From Mytilus galloprovincialis (Eukaryota), in contig NC_134841.1 of the NCBI RefSeq assembly GCF_965363235.1, positions 74,781,723-74,845,722 of the forward strand: a stretch of DNA of 64,000 nucleotides, in the 5' to 3' direction. Positions 49,321-61,323 of this stretch are shown in pieces (the stretch's first letter is position 1; each line of letters begins with the position of its first letter). The position numbers were made by a program, and so were the translations under genes. Under the pieces are notes generated by a model. The model had not been told where the DNA came from. It saw only the letters and a program-made list of their open reading frames with translations, and did not search any database.

Positions 49321-50573
49321 TTCTATGTTATGTCTTTGTACTATTATTTGTCTGTTTTGCTTTTAGCTGTTGTCATATTATTTTCAATCTATGAGTTTGA
49401 ATGTCCCTCTAGTATCTTTCGCCACTCTTCAAAGTTTTTTTTATCCCATCCATAAATGGCAAACGGTAAAATAAGCAATAAAGAGAAAACAATGCATTTC
49501 TGTTATGTATAATTTTAAGAGCACCTACCACGTTATATATTTAAGATAAAACGTTGTTTGGATAGGGTAAATTAATTTAAAAAAAATCAAACAAATATAT
49601 AGCTAAAACTACGGGTACTAGGTTGCATTTTAATTTGAATGAAAAGTAGGTATCCGCAGTCTGCAAAAAAGACACATCTAGTTGGGTCCGTCCTCTGTAC
49701 ATGCATTTAATCTATATATTGGTCTTTTACAGCTATATATGTTGAATTTGTATCTTCTTCATCATCTACATAACATAACAATAAGAACAGTAAACATTAT
49801 TTATCGCTATAGCTGATATAGGTAATGAGAAATACTAATTTTTTTAAAGTTTTTATGGCAATTTTCCGACATGTTTTTCTTATTTTTTTCAGATGATTTG
49901 TTTTAATTGGTATGTTCTAATAAAGAAGGATTCCTATTTTGCAACTTCGATCACGTTTCGGATTGAACCTTATCAAATGAATTGAGTATTAAACTACATT
50001 ATTTACGATCAATCTAAAAAATTTCGATTGATTTTGAATCAAATTTTTCTCAAAAATATTAATAATTATCAATAATACATCTATAATTAGAGTATTTTTT
50101 GGCGAATGGTTTTCGTATTTAAACTTTTGTCGTGGTAACAAAGCCAGTAACATGAAAGATATCTTTAAATAATATTCGTATACAAGCAAAAACAAAATGA
50201 AAGTATTCCATGCGTTCACTGTTTTATCAACTTCTGCATAAACATATATACTTTTTAAAAGTCAACATCCAATCATAAATTTAAACGTCATCAAAGATGT
50301 CTTTTAATATCAATTGATATATGTTTAAAGTTCCACAAGACCGAAATGATGAATGTAATTGAAATCGTCTTCGACAAGGCCGATTAAACTGCCTCATTTT
50401 TAGATTGCTTTAAACGTTATTGTTGCTGAACTCTACTTGTCTTTTTGTTTTTTTCAATGTTGTGTCGTGAGGATGCTATCACACAGAGGAACATCCAATA
50501 TCTCTTCTAATTCATAATATTAAAAGCTAGAGTTTCGTATGAAGTTAGAACTGAAATTCAGTATAAGTAATAC

Positions 50574-50859
50574 TTGTATGAAACAAAGAGATTAACATCA
50601 GTGCTGATAGATCCGTCTGCGTTTGTTGCTGTACATGTGTATACCCCTGCATCATTTACTGTTACATCCATGATAAAGAATTCATCACTGTCTGACATTT
50701 TATGCATTCGCCTTTCTTGTGCAGCAGGAAAATCATCAGCGTCATCTTTTGACCATGAAATGGTCGGAGTTGATCGACCAGTAGCTGCACACTCAAATCG
50801 AGCAAACTGTCCCTTTTTTACCCAGACGTCAGATGGTGTTTTGATAAAATGGATGCTTT
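50574..50859 (-). CDS. Immunoglobulin I-set/C2-type domain exon (IgSF cell-adhesion-type)
   Basis: Minus-strand acceptor tttttacag|AA (phase 1). Translation ESIHFIKTPSDVWVKKGQFARFECAATGRSTPTISWSKDDADDFPAAQERRMHKMSDSDEFFIMDVTVNDAGVYTCTATNADGSISTDVNLFVSYK has the full I-set signature (G..A.F.C...G.P.P.ISW.KD ... DAGVYTC.A.N..G). The 3' boundary is uncertain (weak donor AA|GTATTA at ~50574, or stop at 50558). The + ORF 50574-50885 is its antisense. Confidence 0.55.
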
Positions 50860-53800
50860 CTGTAAAAATATCTCAAACCAAATAGTTAGTGTTCCTTCCA
50901 CATTTACTGTGTAAACGATGATGTTTAGTATCAATTTTCATTAATTATGACGTGTGCCACTCAGTATACACCACATTTCCCTTAAAACGGTATCGTATAA
51001 TGCCAGAGAAAAGAAATAAATAATCTAGCTGCAGGGGTATCTGCTAACTATAAGAAAAACACGTTATTCAATGCCAAATATGAGGAATTGGCTCTGGTGT
51101 AAATATAAACTTTCAATCCATGTATCTTTGATAAGTTTATTGAGTAATGCGTCCATAGCAATTTTTATAAGGTAGGTCAGTACAAATCGTCTAATCTCTA
51201 ACTGTTTCAGTCGTTTATTGAACACAATTTATTGCTTGGAATGCACATATATACAATACATTCACCAAATAAATTTTGCGTACATTTCAACGTTTAGATT
51301 TAAGTGTTTCGTAAAAAGTATATCCAGACAAGCGCTAGGTACAAACCAAATTTATAAAATGCTTATTTTGAATTATATAAACAGAAAATAGTAAAAAATG
51401 TACATGATGCATCAACATTTCTTTTATATTTTCAAGCTTGCAATGACTGTCTGCTTATTGAAACTTATGCAAGGTCATGTTCTCAACAATGATATAACAG
51501 GTCCGACATCACAATTGTCGTCCCTTGATTTTCGTTGTTCACAAATATAGTCCCTAGTGTTGACAGTGGGTTACTTGACATTAATTTTTATACCCCTTCC
51601 AAATTTATGTCTCCATGTTTAATGCCTAAAATTGCAAGAAGGGGGGTGAAATTACACTGTATAAAAATTTGGGTTCAGAATTTTAAAGGAAAGTAGTGAT
51701 TTGGTCCAGCTGAAAAAGGTTGAAAATTAGCACTTCGGAAGCTGTCAAAAGATTTCAAGACGCCCTAAACATAAAATTGTCCATATTTTGAGTTAGAGCC
51801 GATGAAGTTTTCTATAATTTTGATATAATTTGTCCCAAAAGTAATACAACACACTGTAAAAATTTCATTGAGAAAGCGTAGGTGGGATTTTTTTTTAATT
51901 TTCATTTATCTTCTAAAAGAAATGCACTACGAAATAATTGTGGTCTCGGACCAACAATGATTGATGGTTTCGCCATAGGATTCGATGTAGCATCTATAAC
52001 TTGTGTGATTAAGTATATCTCATTAATTTTATTATAAATTCCTTTGGACCTAATACTAGTAGATATAAAAATAATAGACACAATTACAGTGAGTTGACTA
52101 TGTGTGTTACCGTTCACCTGTATCTATTGTTCAACCAGATTTACATCCCAGTTCCTTTGTTCTAACAGGGGTGATCTGAGCCGGATCACCCCTATCAGAT
52201 CACCCCAGTTTTAGTTTCTGTATTATGCATGCTTTCCTTTGTTCTGTAACATTTTGGCTGAAATGTCAAATCCAGTATAAAACTTATAATTAATTATACG
52301 GAGAAGACTATCTATCAAAATTCACGTAGAAAAAATCCAGTGTATATGCTGGGATTCGAACTCAAGACCTTTAGCATATCAAGCCACGACACATACACTT
52401 CATCAGGACGACTGGATCTATCAGAAATTTAACATACTTAAAGGAAGCAAGATATTTTTATAACTGGGGGGAGTTGGCAGACCTTTACTCAGTGGCGTTT
52501 AAACCCTTTTCGTTAAATAAATTAGTTGTCAGACTGATTGTTCAATTCGATTTTACACTTTTTTAAAGTTGGGCGAGTCGGTTACAAGAGTGGGGCGATT
52601 TTTTCATAAAGTGGCGATAAAGTGTGGGCCAATTGGCCAGTGGGGCGAGTTGATATTGTTTGATATCTACTTATCGTGTTAGGGGGTCATATAAAGAGTA
52701 TGCATCATATAGTAATATATAAAGTATATTATACTGGTTGTGTGTCTTTTTAAAGTAGATTTTATGAATGGTAAATGGTTTTTCGTCTAATCTTAAACAG
52801 CTGGGATGTAAAATAGTTATCCCATTCGGACTTGGTGTGTCAGTGTAAGATCATCCCGATGGCGTCCTTATGGGAAAACTATGAATGAAACATTGACAAT
52901 ACAATAGGGACATTTAAATTGACTATAGTGAGTGATAACATTTTGTGAGGGAATTCGATGTTTGCTATACCACTGTTCATTTTAACTCACTTTATGACAA
53001 AATCACTCATTCAATCAGAATGAAAATTTATGCAGTGTTTTAAGAAATGATTTTACTTTGTATTCACTTATTGTTTGAGAAACTTTTAGTGTTTGAAAAG
53101 GGCGAATTTTCTGTATAAAGTCAATAATTATGTTTATTGCCTTAAATACACAAATGAATGATCCAAAAACTATACCAATACTGAACGACATGTTTATGAA
53201 ACTAAAGCAAAACTTTTGGTTGATAATTTTTTATTAGTTATTGCGAAAATTGAACTAAAAATATTTGTCATTTTCTCCCTACCCAATTCACCCCTATTTC
53301 TTATATGATGTAGACCGGTCATTGTTATTGAATCTTACACAATTTGATTTGATAAAGCTATGTATTTGTTAACCTTACTGCACATGCTTTTCATACATGT
53401 ATATTAAATAAATCCGAACGTGCATGAATGTGTACAGTAACTGAAATGACCTTAAACTGGGCACTGGACGATTCCACATTCTGTTGTATCAATTAAACTA
53501 AAGGTATGATAGATAAGAAAGGCCACTTCTTATATTTTAACAAAATTTTACGAATACACAATTGAAAAATTATTTTTTAAAAGCCTATTGCGAAGAACAA
53601 ACGATATCTTACAAATAAGACGTTTTGCTTATTACAAAAAACCATTTATAAAAGATAAATGCCAAAATACATTTTACGCACAGCTACACCAGGTAAAAAC
53701 TATAGTGTTTATTTTAACCAAAAAAGAGCATTTTTCAATTTAATTGAAATATGTTAATTACAATTAATCCCATATAAATAAAGTCAATATAAGTCCGATC

Positions 53801-54883
53801 TGCATGTTTTTTGACATCAAAAGTCAATATGATCGTTTTAAGGTCGATTTCGTCTACCTCACAAAATCTTGTTAGGCACTATAGTTGGTTTTGTTAGATT
53901 TTAAAAATCTATCTTGATGCTACCTGTAAAAAAAATTATTCACATAACCCAAAATTTCAGCATGCATTTTTCTGAAGTTTTTCTTATCCTATCACTTCAC
54001 CTGTTTAATTGTTACTGTTGTAGTATAACTGGGAAATGTTTTTTTTTAAATTATAAATATGTCATCAAGGCTTCAATTTTTATCTTTTTGTTGAATAACA
54101 TAATATGCATTCAGTCTAAATTAGTTTATATAGTTTGATTAATGCTAGAATATGACCACTTATATAGGATAACTAGACACAAACTTATTTCATGTTCTTA
54201 CATTAACTAAACACTGTGAATTTGAAAAAAAAATCCTTTTCTCATGTTTTTTTTATTAGAGAACCCTACAACAGGTAAAGAAATTAACATTGTTATTAGT
54301 CTTTTTGTTATGGAAATGGATGTTTTCCGTGAAATAATTGGTCATCCAAATTCTAAAAAGCACAAAATTTAGACGGAAAAAGAGAATTTATTTACTAGAT
54401 CATTTAAAATTTTAGAAGAAGGCAAGCCAAATCAAGACTATATGTTTTTTAAGGGAATTTAATTGCATGTCATATAATTCACTACATTTCCTCTTTAATG
54501 TTTTCATAGTCAAATACTATGAGTGCTTAGATTTTTTGTATGTTTTGTGTTGTATCTCTTTGGCTAATTGGAACTAACTCAAAATAATTTGTTTTTGAAA
54601 TGTTCCTTGTACAAATTGTTAATGTATATTCCTATTGAAATATCAAAATCCATTTGAATGAACTATTTTATTTACTCTACATATTTTACATCTCATCCAG
54701 TATTCCTTTTTCTTTATCTGAAATAATGTATAACATTTTTCCTATTTTATAAACATGATGAAAGTTTTCGAATATTTGTTCACACTTTTGACTATATAAA
54801 TATCATTATCGAAAATAAAAACTTGAAGGTACATTATAAAGAAATGCACGAAATATAATCAATTTAGTTTTTAGAGAATAAAG

Positions 54884-55151
<268 letters not shown>

Positions 55152-56721
55152 AAAATTGATACTGAAGTCACCTGGATAGCTGTTTCACCTGTCACTGACA
55201 AATGGACAATACTATATATATATATGATGGTTATAAATTTAAAGAATCATTTATTATTTAAAAACAGTTTTAATTTTCATACATATTAATATGCAGTTAA
55301 CAAAATATTTTACTGATTAGGATTTTATGGTAAATTTAAGAAATATTATAAATACTGGGGATTAAAAACAATGAAAACCATAAATATTTCTTCCCTTATA
55401 TTTTTTTGATAGAATAATCCTTGGTCAAGAAAAACTTCAGGAAAAAAGCATGCTGAAATTTTGGGTCAGGTGAATAAATTTTTTTACAGGTAGCATCAAG
55501 GTAGATTTTATTTTTACAAAAGCCACTGGTCAATTTAAATATCCCTATTGTATTGTCAATGTTTAAATCTGGTTGAACAATACAGGTACAGGTAAACGAT
55601 AACACTCATAGTCAACTCACTGTAACACACCAGTCACAGTCTACTACCCAGACACGGATATAACCATCCTCAACTTTTCAACTACTCTTACCAGAAAACT
55701 GTAAACTTATAAAATTTCAGGTAACAAGTTTATTTCCAATGTGCAGGTTGTTAGTGAAGAGAAGTACAAACTTTGCGACACAACATCATTACATAAGCTC
55801 AAAGAAGCAGACACCTAGTGCAAGTTTTAGAATTGCACGAAAAATCTTGATTCACTTCACAAGGGCCAAACTCCTTTCAGATATCATTCAGAAATAATAT
55901 CTGTGAACCTCTTTTTATTTGTGCATTACGTGCAATTCTTTATATTTACTAAAACGGCTGACCGCGACAAAGGTTGGTTTCCGCACATGAAAAGGCATGG
56001 ATCTTGTGTTCTGAGTGGAATGTTTTTTTTTAACTAATAATTGGTTTTAACCTAATTCAATCATACGCAAACTTTTCTAAAGTTTTACCACTTTTCACTA
56101 GAAAAAAATTCGACCACCTTCTGAAACCGTTTTGTTTTTTTTTTCTCTTTTGAAATGCAAGGGGGGTAAACATGAATTGCTTTCGAATTGATTATTTTGG
56201 GTAAATTACTATATTCTTCTCTTAACTACAGAAAGACAATGAGAAGTGACATAATTTTTGAAGCATAACAATACGTAAGTAATAAATAATTTACATTGTA
56301 TATAATATATCAGCCAGTAAATCAACAATATTTTGTTCCAAATGTTTCGACGTTATTTTACACATTTTGTTTTATAAAAGAAAATAATATTTTCTTTCAC
56401 CTTTCGAAATTTATATTTACTCAATATGAGGTTTTGTATACGATCAGTTTTATTTCGGATTGTCATTCAACGAATGACAATTATTAATTCTAAAACATGT
56501 ATTAAGCAGTTGTACTATTATATAATATTGAAGATACAATATACAATTTTGTAACTGGGTGCTAATACAAAATTATTACAAAACATCACTTTTTCCGGTG
56601 GAACTCATAACCATATAACAATTTATAACTTTAAGTAAAACCATTCCTCTAACTGTAATTACTTTACAATAAGCTACTTGACATGCGTACTAATAACCAT
56701 CTTTCAATTTATTTTCCTTAC

Positions 56722-56938
56722 CGTTGACGGCATTTACTTGAAGTAAGACCATTTTCCTAATTGAATATCCATAAACTTCGCATACGTACTTTCCTGCATC
56801 GTCTGGTTTGACATCCTTTAGAACTAAATTCCAGTCGTTTGCTCCTGTTGCATGTTGAATGGATATACGTGAATCAGGAATCACCACGGATTCTTCAACA
56901 GTTAATAGTTGTACACCAAAATTACGTATCCAGATCAC
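56722..56938 (-). CDS. IgSF V-like half-domain exon (strands C-G), lachesin/IgLON-like; paralogue of 59704-59914
   Basis: Acceptor aacaatatacag|GTGATCTGG (phase 0). Translation VIWIRNFGVQLLTVEESVVIPDSRISIQHATGANDWNLVLKDVKPDDAGKYVCEVYGYSIRKMVLLQVNAVN(G), donor G|GTAAGG (phase 1). Has the RISI.H....W.L.I..V...D.G.Y.C motif of insect/mollusc IgLON-type first Ig domains. Confidence 0.6.
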
Positions 56939-57845
56939 CTGTATATTGTTTAAATCAATAACAACTTATTTTTGATGACGAATAAGCAAAAAGAGATATT
57001 GGGTCAATAGAAAAGAGACAGCAACCCTTAGACAACAAAAGACATCGTAGCTGGTGATTTGATAAGGGTCGTTTGTTTTTGGAGTGATCTTTATAAAAGG
57101 GATGTTTGTAGTCTAGAGTATTCTTGGCATATGCACAAATTGTGGTGTGTTAAAGCAAATATACAGCTTAGTGGGGTTCCTGTTTTTCTGACATTGGTTT
57201 TCTTTGTTGAGTTTTTTTGTCTGTTTGATGTTTTTTTTGTTCGTTTTCGACAAATGAGTTTGAATATCCCTTTGAAATATTGCACTTGTCTTGAAATTGC
57301 AATGATAACTAAACCCTTTAGATACTCAAATAACTTTACAGTAACTTATTAATTGATTGATGTGCTTTCCGTAATGCCGTCTTAATAAAATGTAAGTATA
57401 TAGTCTCATAGTCTTTTGTTTTGGCAATCGGTTCGTGAATGTGTTTAAACTAAATATACTTATATACTTATATCTTAAGCTTTAACTTTTCTTTCAAATT
57501 AAGAAAATCTAGCTTAACTGAAATACGTAGGCAAGTATAAAGAGTGGTTAATTTATAAAACTCCATCCAGTAGCAGTAACATCAATTATAAGTATGCATT
57601 GTTTCAAAGTGGATAATCTTGTTTATAGAACTAATTGATGTTTTATTGTGAATATGTAACAAGTGACTTTCCCATTATCACGAAGAGTGGACAATTCAAA
57701 AAATGTTGTGCCAAATACGGCTAAGGTAATCTATTCCAATAAAAGTTTGCATGATGTCATTTCATTTGAGAGTTTCCAGCGGAGCTAAATCCCTGAGAGC
57801 GTTACGGATGTATCAAATATATGTTTTGGCGATTTTTTTTTATCC

Positions 57846-57893
57846 GAGCGTCACTGATGAGTCTTCTGTAGACAAAGCGCATGTCTGGCGCAC
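57846..57893 (+). ncRNA. Hammerhead ribozyme motif, mildly degenerate (CTGATGA intact; GAAAC->AAAGC)
   Basis: GAGCGTCACTGATGAGTCTTCTGTAGACAAAGCGCATGTCTGGCGCA, then CTAAATTATAAGCCTTGTACCTTTTGATAGCTATT. Confidence 0.4.
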
Positions 57894-59703
57894 TAAATTA
57901 TAAGCCTTGTACCTTTTGATAGCTATTATTTATGTGTTTCTCTGTCCTATATGTTCTTGTTTTATTTATATTGTAGTCCTGTCATGTAATGTTGTCATTT
58001 TAATGTTATATTTGACATTGTCATACAAGCGGGAGGTTTGACTAGCAACAAAACCAGGTTCAACCCACCATTTTTTTCTCTAAAAAATGTCCTGTTCCAA
58101 GTTAGCAAAATGGCAATAGCTATGGTATAGTTTGTTTCTCTGTGTGTTGCATTGTCGTTTGTTTTTTGTTGTTTGTTCACTTCAGTGTTTCTGTTGTTTC
58201 GTTGTTGAAATGTGCTATATTGTTTTGTTTATTTGCATAATTCTCTGTTATGAATATTGTTGCATTTATTTGTACTCTATTTATATTGTAGTCCTGTCAT
58301 GTAATGTTGTCATTTTAATGTTATATTTAACATTGTCATACAAGCGGGAGGTTTGGCTAGCCACAAATCCAGATTCAACCCACCATTTAAAAGAAAATGT
58401 CCGGAATATGGTCAATGTTATATTATAGTTCGTTTCTGCGTGTGTTGCATTTAAGTGTTGTGTTTCTGTTGTGTCGATAGTCTCCTCTTATATTTGAAGT
58501 GTTTCCCTCAGTATTTGTTTGTAACCTGAATTTGTTTTTTTTCCTCGATCGAGTAATGAATATCGAACAGCGGCATACTACTGTTGCCTTTATTTGTACA
58601 TTTTATTTTCATTTTACATTAACAATGAAATAGTTAGTTTTACATGCGATTTAAGAAAAAACAAACAGAATATTTCCCACGGTTAAGCGTCCAACAAAGA
58701 TAATGCTTTAACCTTTTGAAGGATATAAAACGAAAGCTCGAGATACCGTTTCAACAAAACATAACAATCATACATACATTTAGAGATATCAAATAAAATT
58801 CATTGGAATCATGACAAGTTGAGTTACTATTAGATAAGCTTTACAAAACCTGTGTATATTTAAATTTTGCAAAGGTGTTTCACCAAAATAACTTGAGATA
58901 TGGTTGTTTCGCTTTGACAATAAAAACCAAGCTCATAACAAAGTTTACATTTGTAAATAATTTGTTCAGATATAACTTTGAGAAATTTTTGAAGAAGCGT
59001 TATGAAATTATATCATGAAATGCGACATACCTTCATTATAAATGGTCTTGATATTTCAAAGATTGTTCTGCCTTTTACAAGGACAAAAACGAATAAGTAA
59101 CATTTCGTTGTATTAGTAGTTTTGAAACGTTTACAATTCACACACTTACAAATAATCTGCCTGGCCACTTAACAGAACAAACCAGTGTGGCTGTGTCCCC
59201 CTCAGTAACATATACTTCTTCTGCTGATGGTTTAAAAGCAGGAGTAGGAATTGGTATCGCTGAAACTGTTATATGCGAAATATATTGATCAAATTTATAG
59301 CTATTGCAATCATAAGTTTATATCTCATATCTTGACGCACATCTAGAAATTAGTTATGAAGGTCGGTTGAGAATAAAACTGTATTTATTCCATTATCATT
59401 CTGTATCGAATATCTATTAGTTCCTTTGCTTACGGTTCAATAACAGGAGATATGTACCGCTGAAACTGTTATATTCCAAATATATTGCTTAAGTTTATAG
59501 AAATTGCAATACAAGTTTATATCTTTATCTGAGTTTTGGTGAACCGTCAGTTTCATTTTACAATGATATTTTTTGGAACTGTTGAAAATTAAAGAAAAAT
59601 AAATATTGATTTCAAAATGCGGTACTGCTACAAAATTGTTACAAAACATCACTATTTGTAGCTTGTGGAACTCATAGAATATATATCAATTTATTTTTCT
59701 TAC

Positions 59704-59914
59704 CATTAACTTTTAGTAAAACCGTTCCTGTAGCGAAAATTCCTTTACCATTTACTTGACATACGTATTTTCCTGCATCGTAGAGTTTGACATTCCTTAT
59801 AAGTAAATTCCAATCGTTTTTTCTTGAATGTTGAATCGATATTCTTTCATCATAGGTATACACTAATGTTCCAACAGTTAATGGATTCCCATCAGATACT
59901 CGTGTCCAGATAAC
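59704..59914 (-). CDS. IgSF V-like half-domain exon (strands C-G), lachesin/IgLON-like
   Basis: Acceptor ctttaccaatttgcag|GTTATCTGG (phase 0). Translation VIWTRVSDGNPLTVGTLVYTYDERISIQHSRKNDWNLLIRNVKLYDAGKYVCQVNGKGIFATGTVLLKVN(G), donor G|GTAAGA (phase 1). The intron just upstream is also homologous to that of the 56938 exon. Confidence 0.6.
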
Positions 59915-61276
59915 CTGCAAATTGGTAAAGATTATTACAACTTACTTTTTTTTTTATCCCGAACAAGAAAAACAAGATATGGGGTAATAATCAATGAGAA
60001 AGCAATCATAAGAGGTGTAATACCACCATTGATTTTTCCTATTAGACTTTGTAATTTGCACTTTTCCAAAAATTGTGCAGATTTTATCTGTGTTTCAAAT
60101 AAAGAAATACTTGGCATGAGCGAAGATTTATTCTGTCTAGTACTATAGAAAAAATTTCAAAGCACATTTCATTGCATATTAGAAAATAACCATCACTGGA
60201 ATTTAACCAATCAAAATTCCCCCCTACTTCACATTTGTACATGCTTTAGTAACCATGTAACCTCATGTTTCCAAAATATTGTTTAGAAACCCCAAATAAA
60301 AAATACTGGTTCTTTGAAATACCCAAGACATATGTTAATGAACCAGAAATGTTTATTTTGTTATTTTACGTTTTACATACTATTTAATTTCAATACGTAT
60401 TAAACATGCACATGATCGTTTGTCAACAATTAGGTATATTTCATATTTCTCATACTAGTACAAAATATATAATGTCAACATGTTAACGTAAAGGTTTGCA
60501 GGATATCATTTCGTTTGTGAATTTCCAGCGAAGGTAAATCTAGAATAGCGTTTCAGACGCACCCAATAAATACATTATTTCATTTTATATATTTACAATG
60601 AAATAGTGAGCTTTACGTGCAATTTAAGTAAAAAGAGGCAAAATATGTATCAGAGTTTAGCGCCCAACAAAGAGGATGTTTTTAAGTTTTAGAAGGAATA
60701 TAAAACGAAAGTTCTGGATACCGTATGAACAAAATATTACAATCATACATACATTTGTAGATATTAAAAAGCGTTTAATAAAAAAGATGGGCGAAAGATA
60801 CCTTTAGGGTCATTCCACCATGGCAAGTTGAGTAACATCAAGAAAACAAAACAAAATGCGTGTATATTTTCAATTTTGCTATAGTGTTTCACGTAATGAG
60901 TTGGAAAAAACTTTAAATATGGTTGTTTCCTTTCACAATAAATCCAAGCTTTAACTTAATTTACGTTTGTAAGTAGTTCGTAAAGAAATAACTTCGAGAA
61001 TTTTTTAAAGAAGTGACGTAAGATGATATCATATAAGAAGTAACAAGCATAACATCAAAAAATGTTCTTGATATTTAAAAGATTGTTCAGCCTTTTACAA
61101 GGACAATATCAAATAAGATACATTTGATTAAATTAGTAGTTTTGAAAATACTTGGGCTTTCCTACCCCGGGAATAGATTACCTTTCCTCTATTTTGCAAA
61201 ACCTTTAGGAATTTTTGGTCCTTTCTACTCTTCAATTGCCTATATTTATATACATTTCAACCCTTTTTGTGATTCG

Positions 61277-61323
61277 AGCGTTACTGATAAGTGTTTTGTA
61301 GACGAAACGCGAGTCTGGCGCAA
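61277..61323 (+). ncRNA. Hammerhead ribozyme motif, degenerate (CTGATAAG..GAAAC)
   Basis: GAGCGTTACTGATAAGTGTTTTGTAGACGAAACGCGAGTCTGGCGCA, inside the SINE-like insert of the second duplicated block. Confidence 0.35.

Noticed and set aside
50574-50885. + strand ORF MYETKRLTSVLIDPSAFVAVHVYTPASF...
   Set aside because: Antisense of the well-formed Ig I-set exon on the minus strand.
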